From positions 65,844,001 to 65,908,000 of the forward strand of contig NC_043001.1 of assembly GCF_006345805.1 (NCBI RefSeq): DNA of 64,000 nucleotides. The letters run 5' to 3'. Positions 23,858 to 37,882 of the stretch are shown here, piece by piece. The notes below the pieces were generated by a model. It did no database searches. It was not told where the DNA came from and worked only from the letters and a program-made list of their open reading frames with translations. The translations under genes and the position numbers were made by a program. This DNA is from Octopus sinensis. Its lineage: Eukaryota. Every line of letters starts with the position of its first letter. The first letter of the stretch is position 1.

Positions 23858-26800
23858 AGACAACAAAGCCAAGGCTGTGTGGAATTTTCAGGACATTTAT
23901 AAAGAGAAAATTAGACTTACAGCAGTTTCTGGGAAATTAGGGATATCCCTTCATCAGAGATGATGTGAGATAGTAAAATAGAGGGAAATAGTAGAGTTCA
24001 ATATAAGGAGTTATTTTAGAAAATGATGGAAATAAGAAGTATAGGGGGAAATATGAGAATAAAAGTAAAAATGAAGATATATGTAGTTTCACTTCCATTA
24101 TCCAAGGAAAGTGGTGTGTAGAAGTGGTAGAAATTCTTCTTGTCCGTGATATGTAAATTCCGATAGGAGTTCATATTTTGTCATTACAAATGGAAAGTGT
24201 GGAGATGTAGATTCCATGTGCTGTTCATTCAAAAGGGGTCTTGTGTTGTGAATGAAATTTCGAGAATGTAGTGGTAGTATTAAGTAAATAGAGAGGAGAG
24301 AAAAGATGTGTATGTTAAAATGAGGAGAATGGTCAAAAGGAATAGGTGAGAAAAGAAGAAAGAAAGAGGAAAGAAAGAGGAGGAGAAAATGAAAAAGGAG
24401 TGTTAGTTTGTGGTCAAGATATTATGAAGGGGAGAAGAGTAGGAGAGGGATAGGAAGACATAAGAATATTAGGAAGGGATACGTGTGAGGAGTGGGAGGT
24501 GGTGTGATATGTTTGGAAGGCACTTAGGTGGGAGGGAGGGATACAGAAAATGGCACAGCGGGGTTCACTAAAGTGAGTAGTAAACCTTAAAAAGGAAGGG
24601 AGGAATAATAAGATATAATGGTCAAGTTTCTAAAAATAGACAGAGGTGTTTCTTGTACTGGCTAATGTGATAGTGAGGGCTGAGGAATCAGAGAGAGAAA
24701 GAAAGACGTGTATATTGATATACGCACACGAGCACACCCATACATATACGTGTGTGTATGTACTATTATATAGTCCTGTGTACTTATGTACTTAAATCTA
24801 TACGCATATATGCATATCTATATATATATGTACACACACCCATAGATATATGCATACACACATTCACATGCGTACATATACACACATAGACATACATACA
24901 TATGTATACACACACATATATATATACATCCATACACATGTACGCACACATTTATACATGTCCGTATATGTATTATTAAACAATTAAAAAATAAGATAGG
25001 AGAGTTAAAAAATTAAAAATGGAGATAATGGAAAGTCAAATAGAGTTGCTAGAAATTAACTAACGGATGTTCGAGATATGTAGCCTGTGGTGATTTAGGG
25101 TGCATTGAGATTTGTGGTAAAAGTTGAAGGTATGAAAAAGCGATGGTTGTATGGTACCTACGGCCTCATTATATTTATTTAGTAATATTGAAGAGTTGTG
25201 TTTTAATATGTGGAATGCCTCTTTTAGGCATAGCTTACAGGCTGAGTGTTGACCCCGGTATGGAAGTCCTGAATCTATTATAGACCATAACATGATATAT
25301 GGAATATTTCTATTTTTGAGATGATTTATGTGACTTGGCGACTGTTGTGGATTTACTGTGTTCATGTCTAAAAGAATTGAGAAGCGCAGCGTATCGTTGT
25401 TTAAAATTTATAGTTGATCCAATGTATATGGTTGTAGAAATGTATAACGTGTTGAGGATGGTGCATTTTAAAATTACGTTAGACCTTCTGCAACGGGTTT
25501 GTAGAGGGAAGTTGGATCCAGGGCGGCAGTTACATGGTAGTGCATTGTGGGGATTAATCTCAGGAATGGAGGAGGTATTACTGTCTAAGGAGAGGTTAGC
25601 GAATGGGATAGATTGGTCTGTTATTAACATTATTCTTACTATTATTATTATTACTATTTCTATATATATTGTTATTTATCATATCTGTAATAGTGGTGGA
25701 AGCTGGAGTTGTAGTATTCTGGTTAGTATCAGTGGGATTGGTTAGGTTTTTGTTGTGGTCTAAAGTATGGGGTTTGATATTGGAACTATGTTTATGTTGG
25801 GAGCTTGTGTATTTAGTGTTGTTACAGTATAAGTTTTGATAATAGAGAGAAAATTTTCGTGTATTAGAGGCTATTATGATAGACTCAAAGCTGGGCAGGA
25901 AGAAGTAGGATAACATTAAGGTAAATCTATTAAAGATAGCGTAATATTTATGTTGAGGGAAGTTGGAGTCCAGTATATTAAAAAAGTATTTAGCTAAGTT
26001 CTTAACATTTAGTGCGAAGTGTGGTGTATAACATAGAATTGAGCATCCACCGCTCTTTTTTGGTTGCTTAGGGGTAGTGTAATCAATATTTTTAGAAATT
26101 AGAGGGGGGTAATATTGACTGTTATTGTTAGCTGTTGTAGCTTTTGACCTAGTGTTATATGTGTGCGTGTGGTGTCTAAGCTGTCTTAACTTGGGTTCTC
26201 CCGGGGTTCTAGTATAGTGTATGTGTAGTCTGTTGTGATTCTGATGGTTGGCATGGCGTTGTGATATGCTTTGAGATATATGTTATTTGAGCCTGGTATT
26301 AGAGATGTATTTTATTTATTGGGAGAAGCCGCTGGCAGCGAACGCTTGGTTGTAATATGGGGTATGGTTATTGAATATTCCCTCAGTGGATGAGAGGTCA
26401 GATATACGAATCGAGATACCCTTAATTATATTATCAAAGGTAGAATTGTTGTGATTGGAATTAATGTTTAAGTACTTAAGGTATTGGTTAGGTTTGTGAT
26501 ATGAGGGGTACTAGGAAGTTTCTAAGTTTAAAGTTCGTCTAAAAAATTAGTGGTTTTGTGAGAATTTTCAAAAGTAATAGATAGGTTGAGGTTATAGAAA
26601 AAATTGTGTAGATCTTTCCTAACTCATTCTAAAGAGGATTTATTAATGCCCTTGGTGACTAGCCTCCCTTGATGTTAGGGAAATGTATTCGGAGCTGGTG
26701 GAGTATGTATAGTCCAACGAGGTGGTGACTTGGACGGAGTAATGTCAAATAATTTGCTATGGTTATTGTTTTTGTGGTTGGCTCGGCACCAAAGTTTGTC

Positions 26801-27927
26801 CTCGAAAGAAATAAGGGTTTTACGATCATTAATAATTGTGTTAATTCTAGTAAGGTTAGGTTAGTTATATTCCTACCTAGAAGGAGAGCTTTATTAAGAA
26901 GTTTGGGCGGAATAGAAGAATAGTAATTATTTATATCGAATTGTAGGAAAGAAGAAAAGATTTTGTTGTTCAAGAGATGGAACCATGTTATGACTCCACC
27001 TGTATAGGACCATAAGTTGACGTTCAATTTTCCCTTGACGCTTGGTATTATTTTACCCAGAATATTTTGGCTTATTCTTCCCAAGTCTGATTTGGTAGGG
27101 CATATGAGGCGTATAGATGGTTTAGTTATGAAGTCCTTATGACCCTTAAGGTTGAAGTGTGGAGATGTAGGAGAGTAGGGTTCTGTGCGATCGTCCACGT
27201 GTATTTTGTTCATAAGCTTGCATTGATATTGTCAAAGGCAGATGTCGGTACCAGCTTATAAGACTTGTATAGTTCCTTCTTGATGAATTTGGTGTATTCC
27301 TCGATAGTAATCGGATCCATATTTCCCGTTTTATCTGAGAAGGCGATGAAGTGATCCGTTTTATAGTTTGGGATAGTTGTTTTTGGAAGGGGGATTTATA
27401 TTTAGAGAATTTAATGTTACTAATCATCTGAAGTATATCTGCTTCGAATTTGTCGGGTTGGGGATTGTGTGGAGGCTGTTTATAGGATCGAAGACTGTAT
27501 GTATTGGTGTTATTATCGCTCCGGTTGTCGTGGAAGAAGGCTTTCCACCGCATTCTTCGGATGATGTCCTTAGTTTTGGTGAGTAGGAGTAAGAGGAAAG
27601 TTTTTATGAAGGAACAGATATATCCTTAAGAGAGATGCCAAGGACTTGTTTACCCATTATATTAGTGTTACCTGTAACAAATGCTTGTATTAGTAAGGAA
27701 GCAAAGGTATGAGAGGTATTGGTATCCAGAAGACCCAACGTGGCAGGTAAGGCTACGTAAGTGCTATGAAAGGACCGTAGTTAAACTCTCGGTTCGATAA
27801 TAATACGAGTGAGGAGTCTAATGTGGGTCTTGTATGAGCATGTATATGCTAAATAAACTGAGACAACAAAGCTAAGGCTGAATGGTATTTTCGGGACATT
27901 TATAAAGAGAAAGTTAGTCTTGCAGCT
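23858..27927 (-). mobile_element. Near full-length Penelope-like element with direct terminal repeats (pLTR)
   Basis: ORF from ATG 27657 (ISLKDISVPS..IIRRMRWKAFF); RT (LKGHKDF..RLICPTKSDLGRIS, FLQFDINNYYSSI); GIY-YIG (ILKCTI..IYIGSTINFKQRY..H; CKLCLKEAFHI) ending ~25100. Repeat 27862-27927 matches 23858-23925. Many stops and frameshifts. Confidence 0.92.
23914..23961 (-). ncRNA. Hammerhead motif in the PLE 3' pLTR
   Basis: Minus strand reads TCT-CTGATGA-A-GGGA...TCCC-A-GAAAC-TGCT-GTA-AGTC. Confidence 0.7.
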
Positions 27928-28599
27928 ATATATATATATATAGACCAAGAGAAAGTGGGACAGGAAAGTGTGAGGATGGTCGGTATGTGTGTGTAAATGT
28001 GTGTGTGGTGGCGTGTATGTATATGTGGTAGCATTTATGTATTGTAGCGTGTGCGCGTGGGGTGGTAACCCTGTTTGTGCATGTGCGCGCAATGTGTGTG
28101 TGGTAGTGTGTGTGTGTTTAGTGTGTGTGCGGCATTTTATTGTTGTATTTTTACAATTTTACAAATTATGAGTAGTTTCATGTGGACAGAGCTTTCAATT
28201 TTACAATATTATAAGTGCTTCAATAATCTTAAGGTAAATGTTTACGTTGTCACATTGACAAATAGCTAATGTGCTGCACAACTGACAACTGTAAGGAAAT
28301 GACAAAATTTTCCCTTTACTTTCCGATAGGCTACAGCAGGTTGAAGCTTGCGAACACTACTTTAACCGATCAGCGTGCAGCTTAGACGTTCTAGCTTGAT
28401 GAACGCGATAACTCAGTTGATCTTCACAGTCCTTATTTATAGTAACATCTTAACCAACCCGAGTTACCGATAAAGGCTTTGGCTATAATCAGATGTTGAA
28501 AAATATCTCATATAATAGTCTCGTCTTAAATATTCTAAACTGAAGCTAAGTTCAAACTCTGATTGTTATTATTACCAATTACTACATATTTTGAATAAA

Positions 28600-29890
28600 A
28601 TTCATTTAGATCAATATCGATATTCTTTTTCTTCTTCATATTATTATCCATTCAGAAAAGAGAATATTCTTTCATCTCTTCTAATTTCACTTGAATCGTA
28701 AAGTTAGCAATATGAAAATATTGAAAACATTTTCTTACCGCATTTTATTATAGTTTTCAAATGATTGCTTAATGGTATCTGCCGAATATTAAGGTATCTA
28801 AATTGTGGCTGATGCAACAAATTCTGCTCCGAAAATGTATTTATTGTCTGGTCAATATATATCTCTTTACAATTTGAGCATTTGATGCCGTATATCATAT
28901 TTCTGCATTTGGAAAAATTCTTCGGTTGGTTTTTGTGTTGATATGATAACAGGTATGTATTAACTGGCATGTATCACACTGATTACCACTTCATTTGGAC
29001 ATCATGAATGTTTTATCATTGTTGTTAACGTCAAACTTCTCTTTGTCAACAATCGCTTCAAGTTTTTTTCTGGTTGCCTTTTACGTTTAACAAATTTTCG
29101 ATCTGTAATTTAATTTTTTATATGGTTATTTTGTTTTATGATTGATAAGTTTGATTTGTCGACGTTAAAACGTTTTGAGAGTATAGATTGTGGATAACTA
29201 TAAGTATGATATTCGATCTTGTGTTCCTCTTGGTTTGTTCTATAGGTGTTTGTTTTGGACGTTATATACCATTTTCTACAGATAGGGATGGATATTTTCG
29301 TTTGAGTACAAATCCCTTGAATTCTGTGAGTGAGTCGTTTATTTCTGGCAGCTTCATTATCTACAAAAGTACAAATATTGGAGGCTGGACAGTATGGAAT
29401 ATTATGTTGCTTATGTGCTGAATAACATGATTTGAAGTTTATATACTGACGTGTATCTGTGTTTCTTGCATAAGATTGTCTATTTTGATGTTGGTATTAT
29501 TTGTAATTACCGTATTGCTAATCTCCTTTGTGAATTTTAGAGTTGGCTATAGATCGTTCGGAATGAAGCTGAATTCCCCCAAATTATCTGCAGATCTTGT
29601 GAAAATTAGGAAACATACGTCAAGATATCTTTTGCATGCGCCCTCTATATATCTTCTACAGTCAGCACCGTAGCTTCCTCTACTTTTTGATGCGGTTTTT
29701 GTTCCAAGTATCTCCATAGCGGAGCAAACTTAGTTCCTATTATCATGCCGCTAAACTGAAGGTATTTTTCTTCTTAAAAAGAAATTTGTTATTTTCAAGG
29801 ATAAACCTGAGAGCGTCTAATGTAAAATCTATGTTGAATCTAATGGGAATCATTGATCTGTTTTACGACCGAATATTTAATTACTGTCAT
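28600..29890 (-). mobile_element. Penelope-like element of a second type (Neptune-like), decayed, RT 3' half + GIY-YIG
   Basis: YLQFSGMIIGTKFAP and KRYLDVCFLIF RT motifs; NMIYGIKCSNCKEIYIDQT GIY-YIG motif. Confidence 0.8.
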
Positions 29891-29964
29891 TCCTAAATCA
29901 TGTTGTATATTTGTGAAGTGACTTATTATATACATGTGTGGTCGTGCGCGTGTGTGTATTTGAA

Positions 29965-30240
29965 TGTGTATATACAAACCACAGTTGTATATGTAAAAAT
30001 ATACATGGCTGTTTTGAGTATAAAAGTATACAAGACTGTTTGTGTAAAAGTAAACACATCCGGTGTGTAAAAGTAATATACGTGTATATGGGCCATCTGT
30101 GTATGTAAAAAGAAATATATACGACGTTTGTATGTGTAAAAATACATATGCTTGCTGTGTGTGTATAAATATTCACGATATCTCTGAATGTAAATATATA
30201 CACGACAGTTGTGAATGTAAAGCTATATACATTTGTGTGG
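29965..30240. repeat. Diverged ~26-bp minisatellite
   Basis: Recurring GTAAAAATATACA..GTTGTGT-like units. Confidence 0.6.
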
Positions 30241-30615
30241 AAACAAACTAACTTATTGAAAGTCTATTTTGTGTTGTTGGCAATATAGATAAACGTTAAA
30301 CTGAACTAACTTTTTGTTGTATTCAGGTTAGAAGCCAGGCAGTACAAATACATTATTTACTGTGTTTGTATGTTTAGAAGGCGAGAAAATAGGTAAAACG
30401 AAAGAAGAAGAAAAAAAGAAACATAGCTACAGTTAGGGAGGCCGAGAGGGAAAGAGAGAGAGAGAGAGCAAGAGAAAAAGAGAGTGAGACGCGAAATACA
30501 AACCGTTAGAGAGAGCGAGTGAGAGAAAGATAGGGACTGATAGACAGGCAGTGACAAAACATAGAGAAAGAAGCGGAGAGAGAAGAGAGAAAGAGGGAGA
30601 CAGATGTTGTTATCT

Positions 30616-30654
<39 letters not shown>

Positions 30655-30969
30655 ACAGAGTAGAATGAGAGACGTAGCTGTGGCAGATATTAAAAGAAGA
30701 AAAGAGAGAAGCCTAACAATGCTACCGAGCGATAGATACGTTGAATAGACGATACAGTGTATCACATGGCCAAACAGAGCATGTGATTTGGCTAAACAAA
30801 CACAGCACGTGACCAAAAAAACAATGTAATGTCTAAAAATTATCAAAAAGTAATTATCAATTATCAATTATTCCGTTATGTTTTATTGTTATGATGTTGG
30901 TTAAAAATGAAAGATTAAGAAATAGAAAATAGTGACACTGATCAATTTTAGACAGGGATATATAGATAA

Positions 30970-31017
<48 letters not shown>

Positions 31018-31489
31018 GGGAAAGAGAGAGAAAGATTGCAAGCACAATCTTTCTGTTTATAAAACCGAAGTATGTCTCCTTTCATCCCCACTTTCTGTCT
31101 CTCTTCATTCTATCTCTCCATCTCTCCCTCACCGTATTTCTCTTACGCTGCGGCATGATCTCCAGTCCAACGAAAGCATTCTATATTCTTTAAAAATCTT
31201 AAATCATTACTGTTCAGCTATGGATGTTCTCTGCTACATATTCATATGAATCTTTCCAAATGTCTTCTGCATCACTATAATTTGGTAGAATATAAAGTTC
31301 AAATTTAAAGAAACTAAATAAAAGATTTAAGAGCTCTTAAAATTTATGGATTTTTCTCGATATGAATTTCGTGTCATAAAGCAAGTGGAAGGATAAAATG
31401 CTACTTACACAGACGCATATGGGTCGTCATGCTTTTCCACTTTTTCTTGCTGCGTAACTGAAATTAAAATCATATTCATGTGATATTGT

Positions 31490-31730
31490 GTGGTTCCCAC
31501 GAGTGCTGTCTCTTCTCTTTGTCTTATCAATCGCTACTGCGATGGCCTCTGTTCCTCAGAGGAGCGTAGTCTTGTACGTCTTCCATCCAAGACCTTCAGA
31601 ACAACTTGTCTTTCCATTCAGTATCATTCTCGTTGTGTCCAATTCCCCAGTTACCCACTGCCATTAAGCAATGCTCAGTTCCTTCTTCCCAGAACATCGG
31701 TCCTCTTTAATCATTTCCCTATTCAGGTCT
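31490..31730 (+). mobile_element. 3' fragment of a CR1/Jockey-type LINE ORF2
   Basis: VSSLCLINRYCDGLCSSEE...SSFF/PRTSVLFNHFP C-terminal signature. Confidence 0.6.
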
Positions 31731-32071
31731 GCAGGTGTTGATTTTCTACAATCTAAACCAAACATGGAAGGCATCAAGCCAACTTGTGTAGAAGAGTTTG
31801 CAAAGGTCATGGATCCTGGCTTTACTCTGCACTCTGTAAGTGAAAAATTGAATAAACATTAGGGAACTTTGACACAGTTAGAGGTGTGTATTTAATAGGG
31901 ATTACGATTAAAACATGTCTTCGATTAAAACATGTAACGGAGCACACACACACATATATATATATCTGTATGTGCGCATGTTTGTGTAATGATATATACA
32001 CAAACATACAAATAAGTATGTATGTATGTGTATAATATAAACATGTATACACACGCACTCACATATGTGAA

Positions 32072-32352
32072 GGTGCGTGGTTTAGTTGTTAGGGTATTCG
32101 GCTCAAGATCGTAAGGTCGTGAGTTCAATTCCTGGCGGCGCGTTGTCTACTTGAGCAAGACACTTTAATTTTCGTTTCTCCAGTTCACTCAGCTGGAAAA
32201 ATTGCCTTGTCACGCTGAATCTCTCTGAGAACTACGTTAAGGTTACACGTGCCTGTGGAGTGTTCATTCAGTTGCACGTTAATTTCACGGGCAGGTTGTT
32301 CCATTGGTCGGATCAACTAGAACCCTCGTCATTGTAACTGAGTGAGTGCCAT
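32072..32352 (+). mobile_element. tRNA-headed SINE (B/C-related head, different tail)
   Basis: GTGGTTTAGTTGTTAGGG A-box, GAGTTCAATTCC B-box, CTTGAGCAAGACACTTT, CTCCAGTTCACTCAGCTG. Confidence 0.8.
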
Positions 32353-32366
32353 GAATATATACCCTT

Positions 32367-32404
<38 letters not shown>

Positions 32405-33524
32405 TTCAGCAAAAATTTAGATTCGAATGAATATGGTACTTAATTTAGATGCACCAGAAGTTTGTATGGTGTTATCCATAAAAATTTGTGGGGTGATTAT
32501 AATCAAAATAAGCAACAAGAATGACTCCGGTAATATATATATATATACATATATATCTTACATTTTCTACTATTTGTTTTAGTTATTGGACTGCACATAT
32601 GCCGAGGCACTGCCTTGAAAGGTTGAGTCGATCAAATCCACTTCAAGGTGCTACACAGTGGGACTGAATGCAAGACCACATTGTTGGGATGCAAGCTTGT
32701 CTATCAAAAACCGTGGAAGAAATACATGTTGCGTAGTACACATATATAAACAACATGCCACTGTTAAAGCAGAAATAAACCATAAAACTTACAATAATTT
32801 TTCCGTGCATTATCCAGTGATGCACCTGGATACATTAACTTTGATGTTCCTGCGGTCTTTAGGTATTTTATATATTTCATTATGAGACACCTTCACCTAA
32901 GAGAGCCAACCGGGATTGATCGATTTCCAGCTTGTGTTCACTACCCCTAGGGATCGAATATCCTGATTCATAGCTACTTTGAAGCCACCTTTGCTGCTCT
33001 CACAGTCAAGCGGATGGCCTTTTTCCCACTGGCCCCTGGTTTATGTTTAGTAACCACCGTATTGTTAGATACTAGTTTATTATAACTTATACGTTGCAAT
33101 GTGTTTGATATTTCACTATATTCGAAGCAGGGATATGGTAGTAACACTTTAGACCCGGTAGAAATATATCACAGTACATACAAAATGTCGACCAATCAAT
33201 CAGTAATCTGATAAACCTTCGACTCGGCCTGTTGAAACTCTAAAATCTTTAATAAGGAAATCTCATCGATAAATACAGATTTATAGATGAATGCAGTGGC
33301 GATATCTAGAGATATTCGGAAATTACAGCCCTTTCTGATAATTTTGATTAAAGGGTTATGTAATTAGAATAAAGCGTTTGTTTTGAAGCAATAATGCAAA
33401 ATTAAAAGTTCTGACAAACTTTTCAACCAAAATAGAATTCGGATTGACTATTTTTAATATATAAATATAGAAATATTAAAATTTCGAATTCTCTCTAAAG
33501 GAAACTACGGCAGCGGTACTGGAT

Positions 33525-33939
33525 ATTAATAGATATCGCCAAGCTAATATGGCAGTCCAGAAATATAGCACGAATGCTGCCGTTGATTAACTCCAAGAAG
33601 CCATAGTCTCTAGCTTGCTATGTGACACACGAACCTGTGTCCATTATAACCTTCGAACAGGGGAGGTCAGCCGCTTCCCCTTGCTGGTCAGGCATCTGCA
33701 GACATGTTTCAGGGTATTTGTCCTGCTCTGCATTGATAAGGGACAAATACTCTGAAGCATATCTGTAGATGCCTGACCAGCAAGGGGAAGCGGCTGACCT
33801 CTCCTGTTCGAAGGTTATAATGGACACAGGTTCGTGTGTCACATAGCTAGCTAGAGACTATGGCTTCTTGGAGCTAATCAACGGCAGCATTCGTGCTATA
33901 TTTCTGGACTGCCATATTAGCTTGGCAATAACTATTAAT
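33525..33939. mobile_element. 415-bp near-perfect palindrome (MITE/foldback, possibly Academ-type)
   Basis: ~199-bp inverted arms around a 17-nt loop, about 8 mismatches; termini TTAA|TAG...CTA|TTAA. Confidence 0.8.
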
Positions 33940-36469
33940 GATATATAAATATTTAGTAAGGAAGTTAACAAATCTTCTCTAAACTGCCGTGGATTGACTT
34001 CATTTAGTATATGGCCCAATTATATTGATTTTCTTTGTACTTTTGACGTTCATACCTTTCTGAAACATATTAGTATGGAAAAAATAAATAAAATTAATTC
34101 AACCAGCAAAAAATAAAAAAGAAAGAAAGAAAGAAAAAGAAAAACGAAAACGAAAAACTGTCTGAAAGTCGCCTTCTCGAGAATTTATACCTTAACTTTA
34201 ACAGTTTATATCGATGCCCGATTATTTTATATATTTACAATTCGTTGCTATTTCGTGTCTGTATCAAATCATTCTTAGGTAGTTCTCTTACAGCAATAAT
34301 TTTATATAAGCATATAAATAAGTGATTTAAACATAATATAAGTAATAATTTCATCAGATGATCTTTTAACAATCTCACACTTCTAAAGCAAACTAAACAT
34401 GTCATCAGTATTATTATACCCAAACAAAAGAGTAGAGAGACGAGAAATTCACCAGACATTTGACACACTGAAAAAAATAACCTACCTGTCAAGTTGGGGT
34501 AAACAGCATGTTTACTGAATAACAAGTCTCATTCAAATCTTCCTACTTCGAGGCTTAGGACTCATTAACAAATTTAATTTGTAACAACTGTGGACAGGTG
34601 CAAGAAATCAAAAACTTAATTTAGCTATTTCTATTGAATATATATCCAGGAAGATTTAGTTCATTTCATGATAACATCATCAGCCGCTATTCGTTATAAT
34701 TTGAAAACTAATTACATTTTGGCCACCTTCAACATATTGAAACATATATCAATAACCTTTGCAGAATCTACTTTGGCTTTTATACTTTCATGCTGAATAA
34801 AATAATGCCAATTGTGTACTAATTGAAAATATCCATGTTCCAAATTTAAGGCCTTGCACTTACGTTAGGTATCAGTCCTTACCTAAAGTTCCTACAAGAC
34901 TCGTTAGTTTCTATACTACAAATTTTTATTTCAAAGATAGAACAGGGCAACGAGGGAGCTTCTGAATAGTTGCTACAATTACTAACAAATATCTCCCTCA
35001 ACCTTCTATTTCCTGAAATTGCACATTCAATAATGTACTAGCGCTGCACAAAACCTGAAGAAGAAAAAAAGACAGAATGGTCAAGTCTGGAATGTCTTTT
35101 AGATCTCTTGAGTTACGGTTGATATGAAGTTAAACAAAAACAAAAATAGAATGTTGGATATGTTTTGTCTTTGTTGTTATTTACTCAATGTGGTGCTTAC
35201 CAATGAAGAAAACATCTATTTTGTATTGGAAGTTATTTTTAGTGATATAATTCTTTGCATTACAGCCTGGCGTTCATTTCACATAACAGTAGATGTTTAC
35301 GAGATCCCATGGTTGGAAATGGCGCAGACATTGCTTCTAGCATCGTAGTTTTTGCTTCTATCTAGTACAATCATTTAATCTCGTCGCTAAAACATTTCTT
35401 AAGTTCAGATATAATTAACTTAAAGCTAAAATCCAGGATCGTTTTTTACATCTAACTGCTTTAAATAAACTTTTACACACCAGACTAGAAACAAATTTCC
35501 TCTCTGAGGCGATTTGTAACATAAACAAGAGTCACTTGAAAACCTGTGTTGTTTTCCCTAATGAAATATTAAAGATATTGCATGCAATAACATGAATGTG
35601 GTCTATAAATTATGTGCAGACAGGTACAGACAAGTTGAAAGTAATTTAATACAATACCGGAATTATAATGTCAAGTTTGTATGGACACATATAAATGAAT
35701 ACAAGTGGCTGTTCGATTCGTATTGTAAAGATATATAATGTACACACATAAATACAAAGAGAGATACATATATAAACACATAGACACACACTTACACACA
35801 CATGCACATATATTCATAAATTCCTATTCTCAACCAAGTTACTTTAACGTCGTCTTTAACGTTTCTACTTTTACTAACTTGGTCAGGTCACTGGTTATTT
35901 TATTTAATAGATAGAAAAGGAAGTGACTGTGAGCTTTCTGCAGGGATTAGTGGCAACGACGGAATAATAAATCACGGCTCGTGGATTACCATCAGACCAA
36001 TGCTGGCAACAAGAAAGTAGACCCTTTTAAAGGTGCCTGACGGTGACATGGTATGGTAAGCTGAGCGACGGATTAATCTACTACCCTAAAAATGTCAAAG
36101 AACATTCGACTGCTTACAACACCGTTTCTGTTTACCTAAGTAATAGGCTGACAGAGGCTGTGCTAGACATTAGATAAAAGTCGTATGCAATGGAATGCTG
36201 GCAACAAGAAAGTAGACCCTTTTAAAGTAGACCCCAAACCAAGCGATTTCAAAGTGAGTATTTTATCACTACGGTATATTAACCTCTATGTAATCAATTG
36301 CATTAAAATACTGATTTCAAATTTTGGCATACGGCCAGCAATTCCAGGAAGGGAACAAGTCAATTATATCGACACCAGTGCTCAACTGGTATATGTTTTA
36401 TCGAATACCCACCAACAAAGCCTATCTGGGTCGACTGTACAGATCACAGACTTTTGCTCTGTTTAGTTG

Positions 36470-37760
36470 ACAATTAAGAAAATGGAGAACCTATGCTATC
36501 CTTATCTACTGGCTTACAGAATGTTCTATCTAGATATTGGCATGGAATTCGGGATCGAGAAATGTGGTGTAATGATTCCCAAAAGGGGAAAAATCAGTAA
36601 AAGCCATTGGATCGAGCTGGAAAGTGGCGAAACTATAAAGGAAGTCGGAGAGGAAGGATATAAGTACCTGGGTATCATCGAAAGAGATAAGATGAATGAA
36701 TACAAGATGAAAGAAATGTACAGGAAAGAATATTTGGGGAGAACTCGGCTTATGCTCCAATCGAAGTTAAATGGCCGTAATAAGATTAGAACAATTAGCA
36801 CGTGGGCGGTTGCTTTGATAAGATACGGGGCAGGAATAGTATCTTGGAAGAAGAATGAATTACAAGAGATAATCCGGAAAACACGTAAATTACTGACAAT
36901 GAACAAGGAACAAAGAGTGATGTATCGAGATTGTACGTAAAGAGGAAAGAAGGAGGCCGGGGATTGATGTCTTGTGAAGGTTGTGTAAAGGAAAAGGAGA
37001 ATAGCCTGGCTTGGTGTGTCAAGGGGAGTAAAGAAGAAATAATTGAAGCAGTGAAAAGTGAACGAAGCCGTAGATCCAACACGATTTAAGAAAGACTAGA
37101 GAGAACAGATGAAGAAAATTTGGCGGTACAAGAAAATGCACAGCCAGTTCTTGAAGAATAAAGAGGAGATTGATTGGAATGGAACCTGGCAATGGCTGCA
37201 GAAGGGAGACTTAAAAAGGCATTAGTGCGCAGCGCTCAAGAATAGGTTCTCAGAACAAACTACTCCAAATATCACATTGATAAAAGCAACGACTCGCCAC
37301 AGTGTAGGATGTGCTCTGAGAAGGGAGAAAGGGTAAGCCATATTGTTAGTGAGTGCTGTAGGCTCGTACAACGCGAATACAAAAGGAGACACTGCAATGT
37401 GGCCAGATATATTCACTGGCTATTGTGCTGCAAAACAAATCACGAGAGAGCCGAACAATGGTATGAACACAAGCCAGAGGGAGTAAGGGAAAACGTATAT
37501 TACAGAATACTCTGGGATTTTAACATACAGTGCGATCAAGTCATAGAGGCGAGACGGCCAGATATCGTGATAATCCATAAATATGAAGAAGAAGCAAAAA
37601 TAATAGAAGTTGCAATACCAGGCGATCCGAGGGTGAATTGTAAGGAAACAGAAAAGTGTAAGAAATACCAGCCTCTGCGGGACGAGATAGGAAAGTAATG
37701 GTGATACCGGTAGTAATTGAATCATTAGGAGCAGTTTCCAAGAGCTTTGGTAAACATATA
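36470..37760 (+). mobile_element. R4/Dong-clade non-LTR retrotransposon, 3' part (RT C-terminus, CCHC, restriction-like endonuclease)
   Basis: DIGMEFGIEKC, YKYLGI, GGRGL, CRMC..E.VSHIVSEC, YKRRH, ILWDF.IQCD....RRPDIVI, IIEVAIPGD; followed by (TAA)n. Confidence 0.92.
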
Positions 37761-37808
37761 ATAATAATAATGATGAGGATGATGATGATGATGCTGATGG
37801 TAGTAGTA

Positions 37809-37878
<70 letters not shown>

Positions 37879-37882
37879 TGAT

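Noticed and set aside
33208-33248. CTGATAA...GAAACTCTAAAATC hammerhead-like string
   Set aside because: Core mismatch and no credible stems.
35999-36225. ~32-bp direct repeat AATGCTGGCAACAAGAAAGTAGACCCTTTTAAA, two copies ~195 bp apart
   Set aside because: Only two copies, with no array or element ends; not CRISPR-like.
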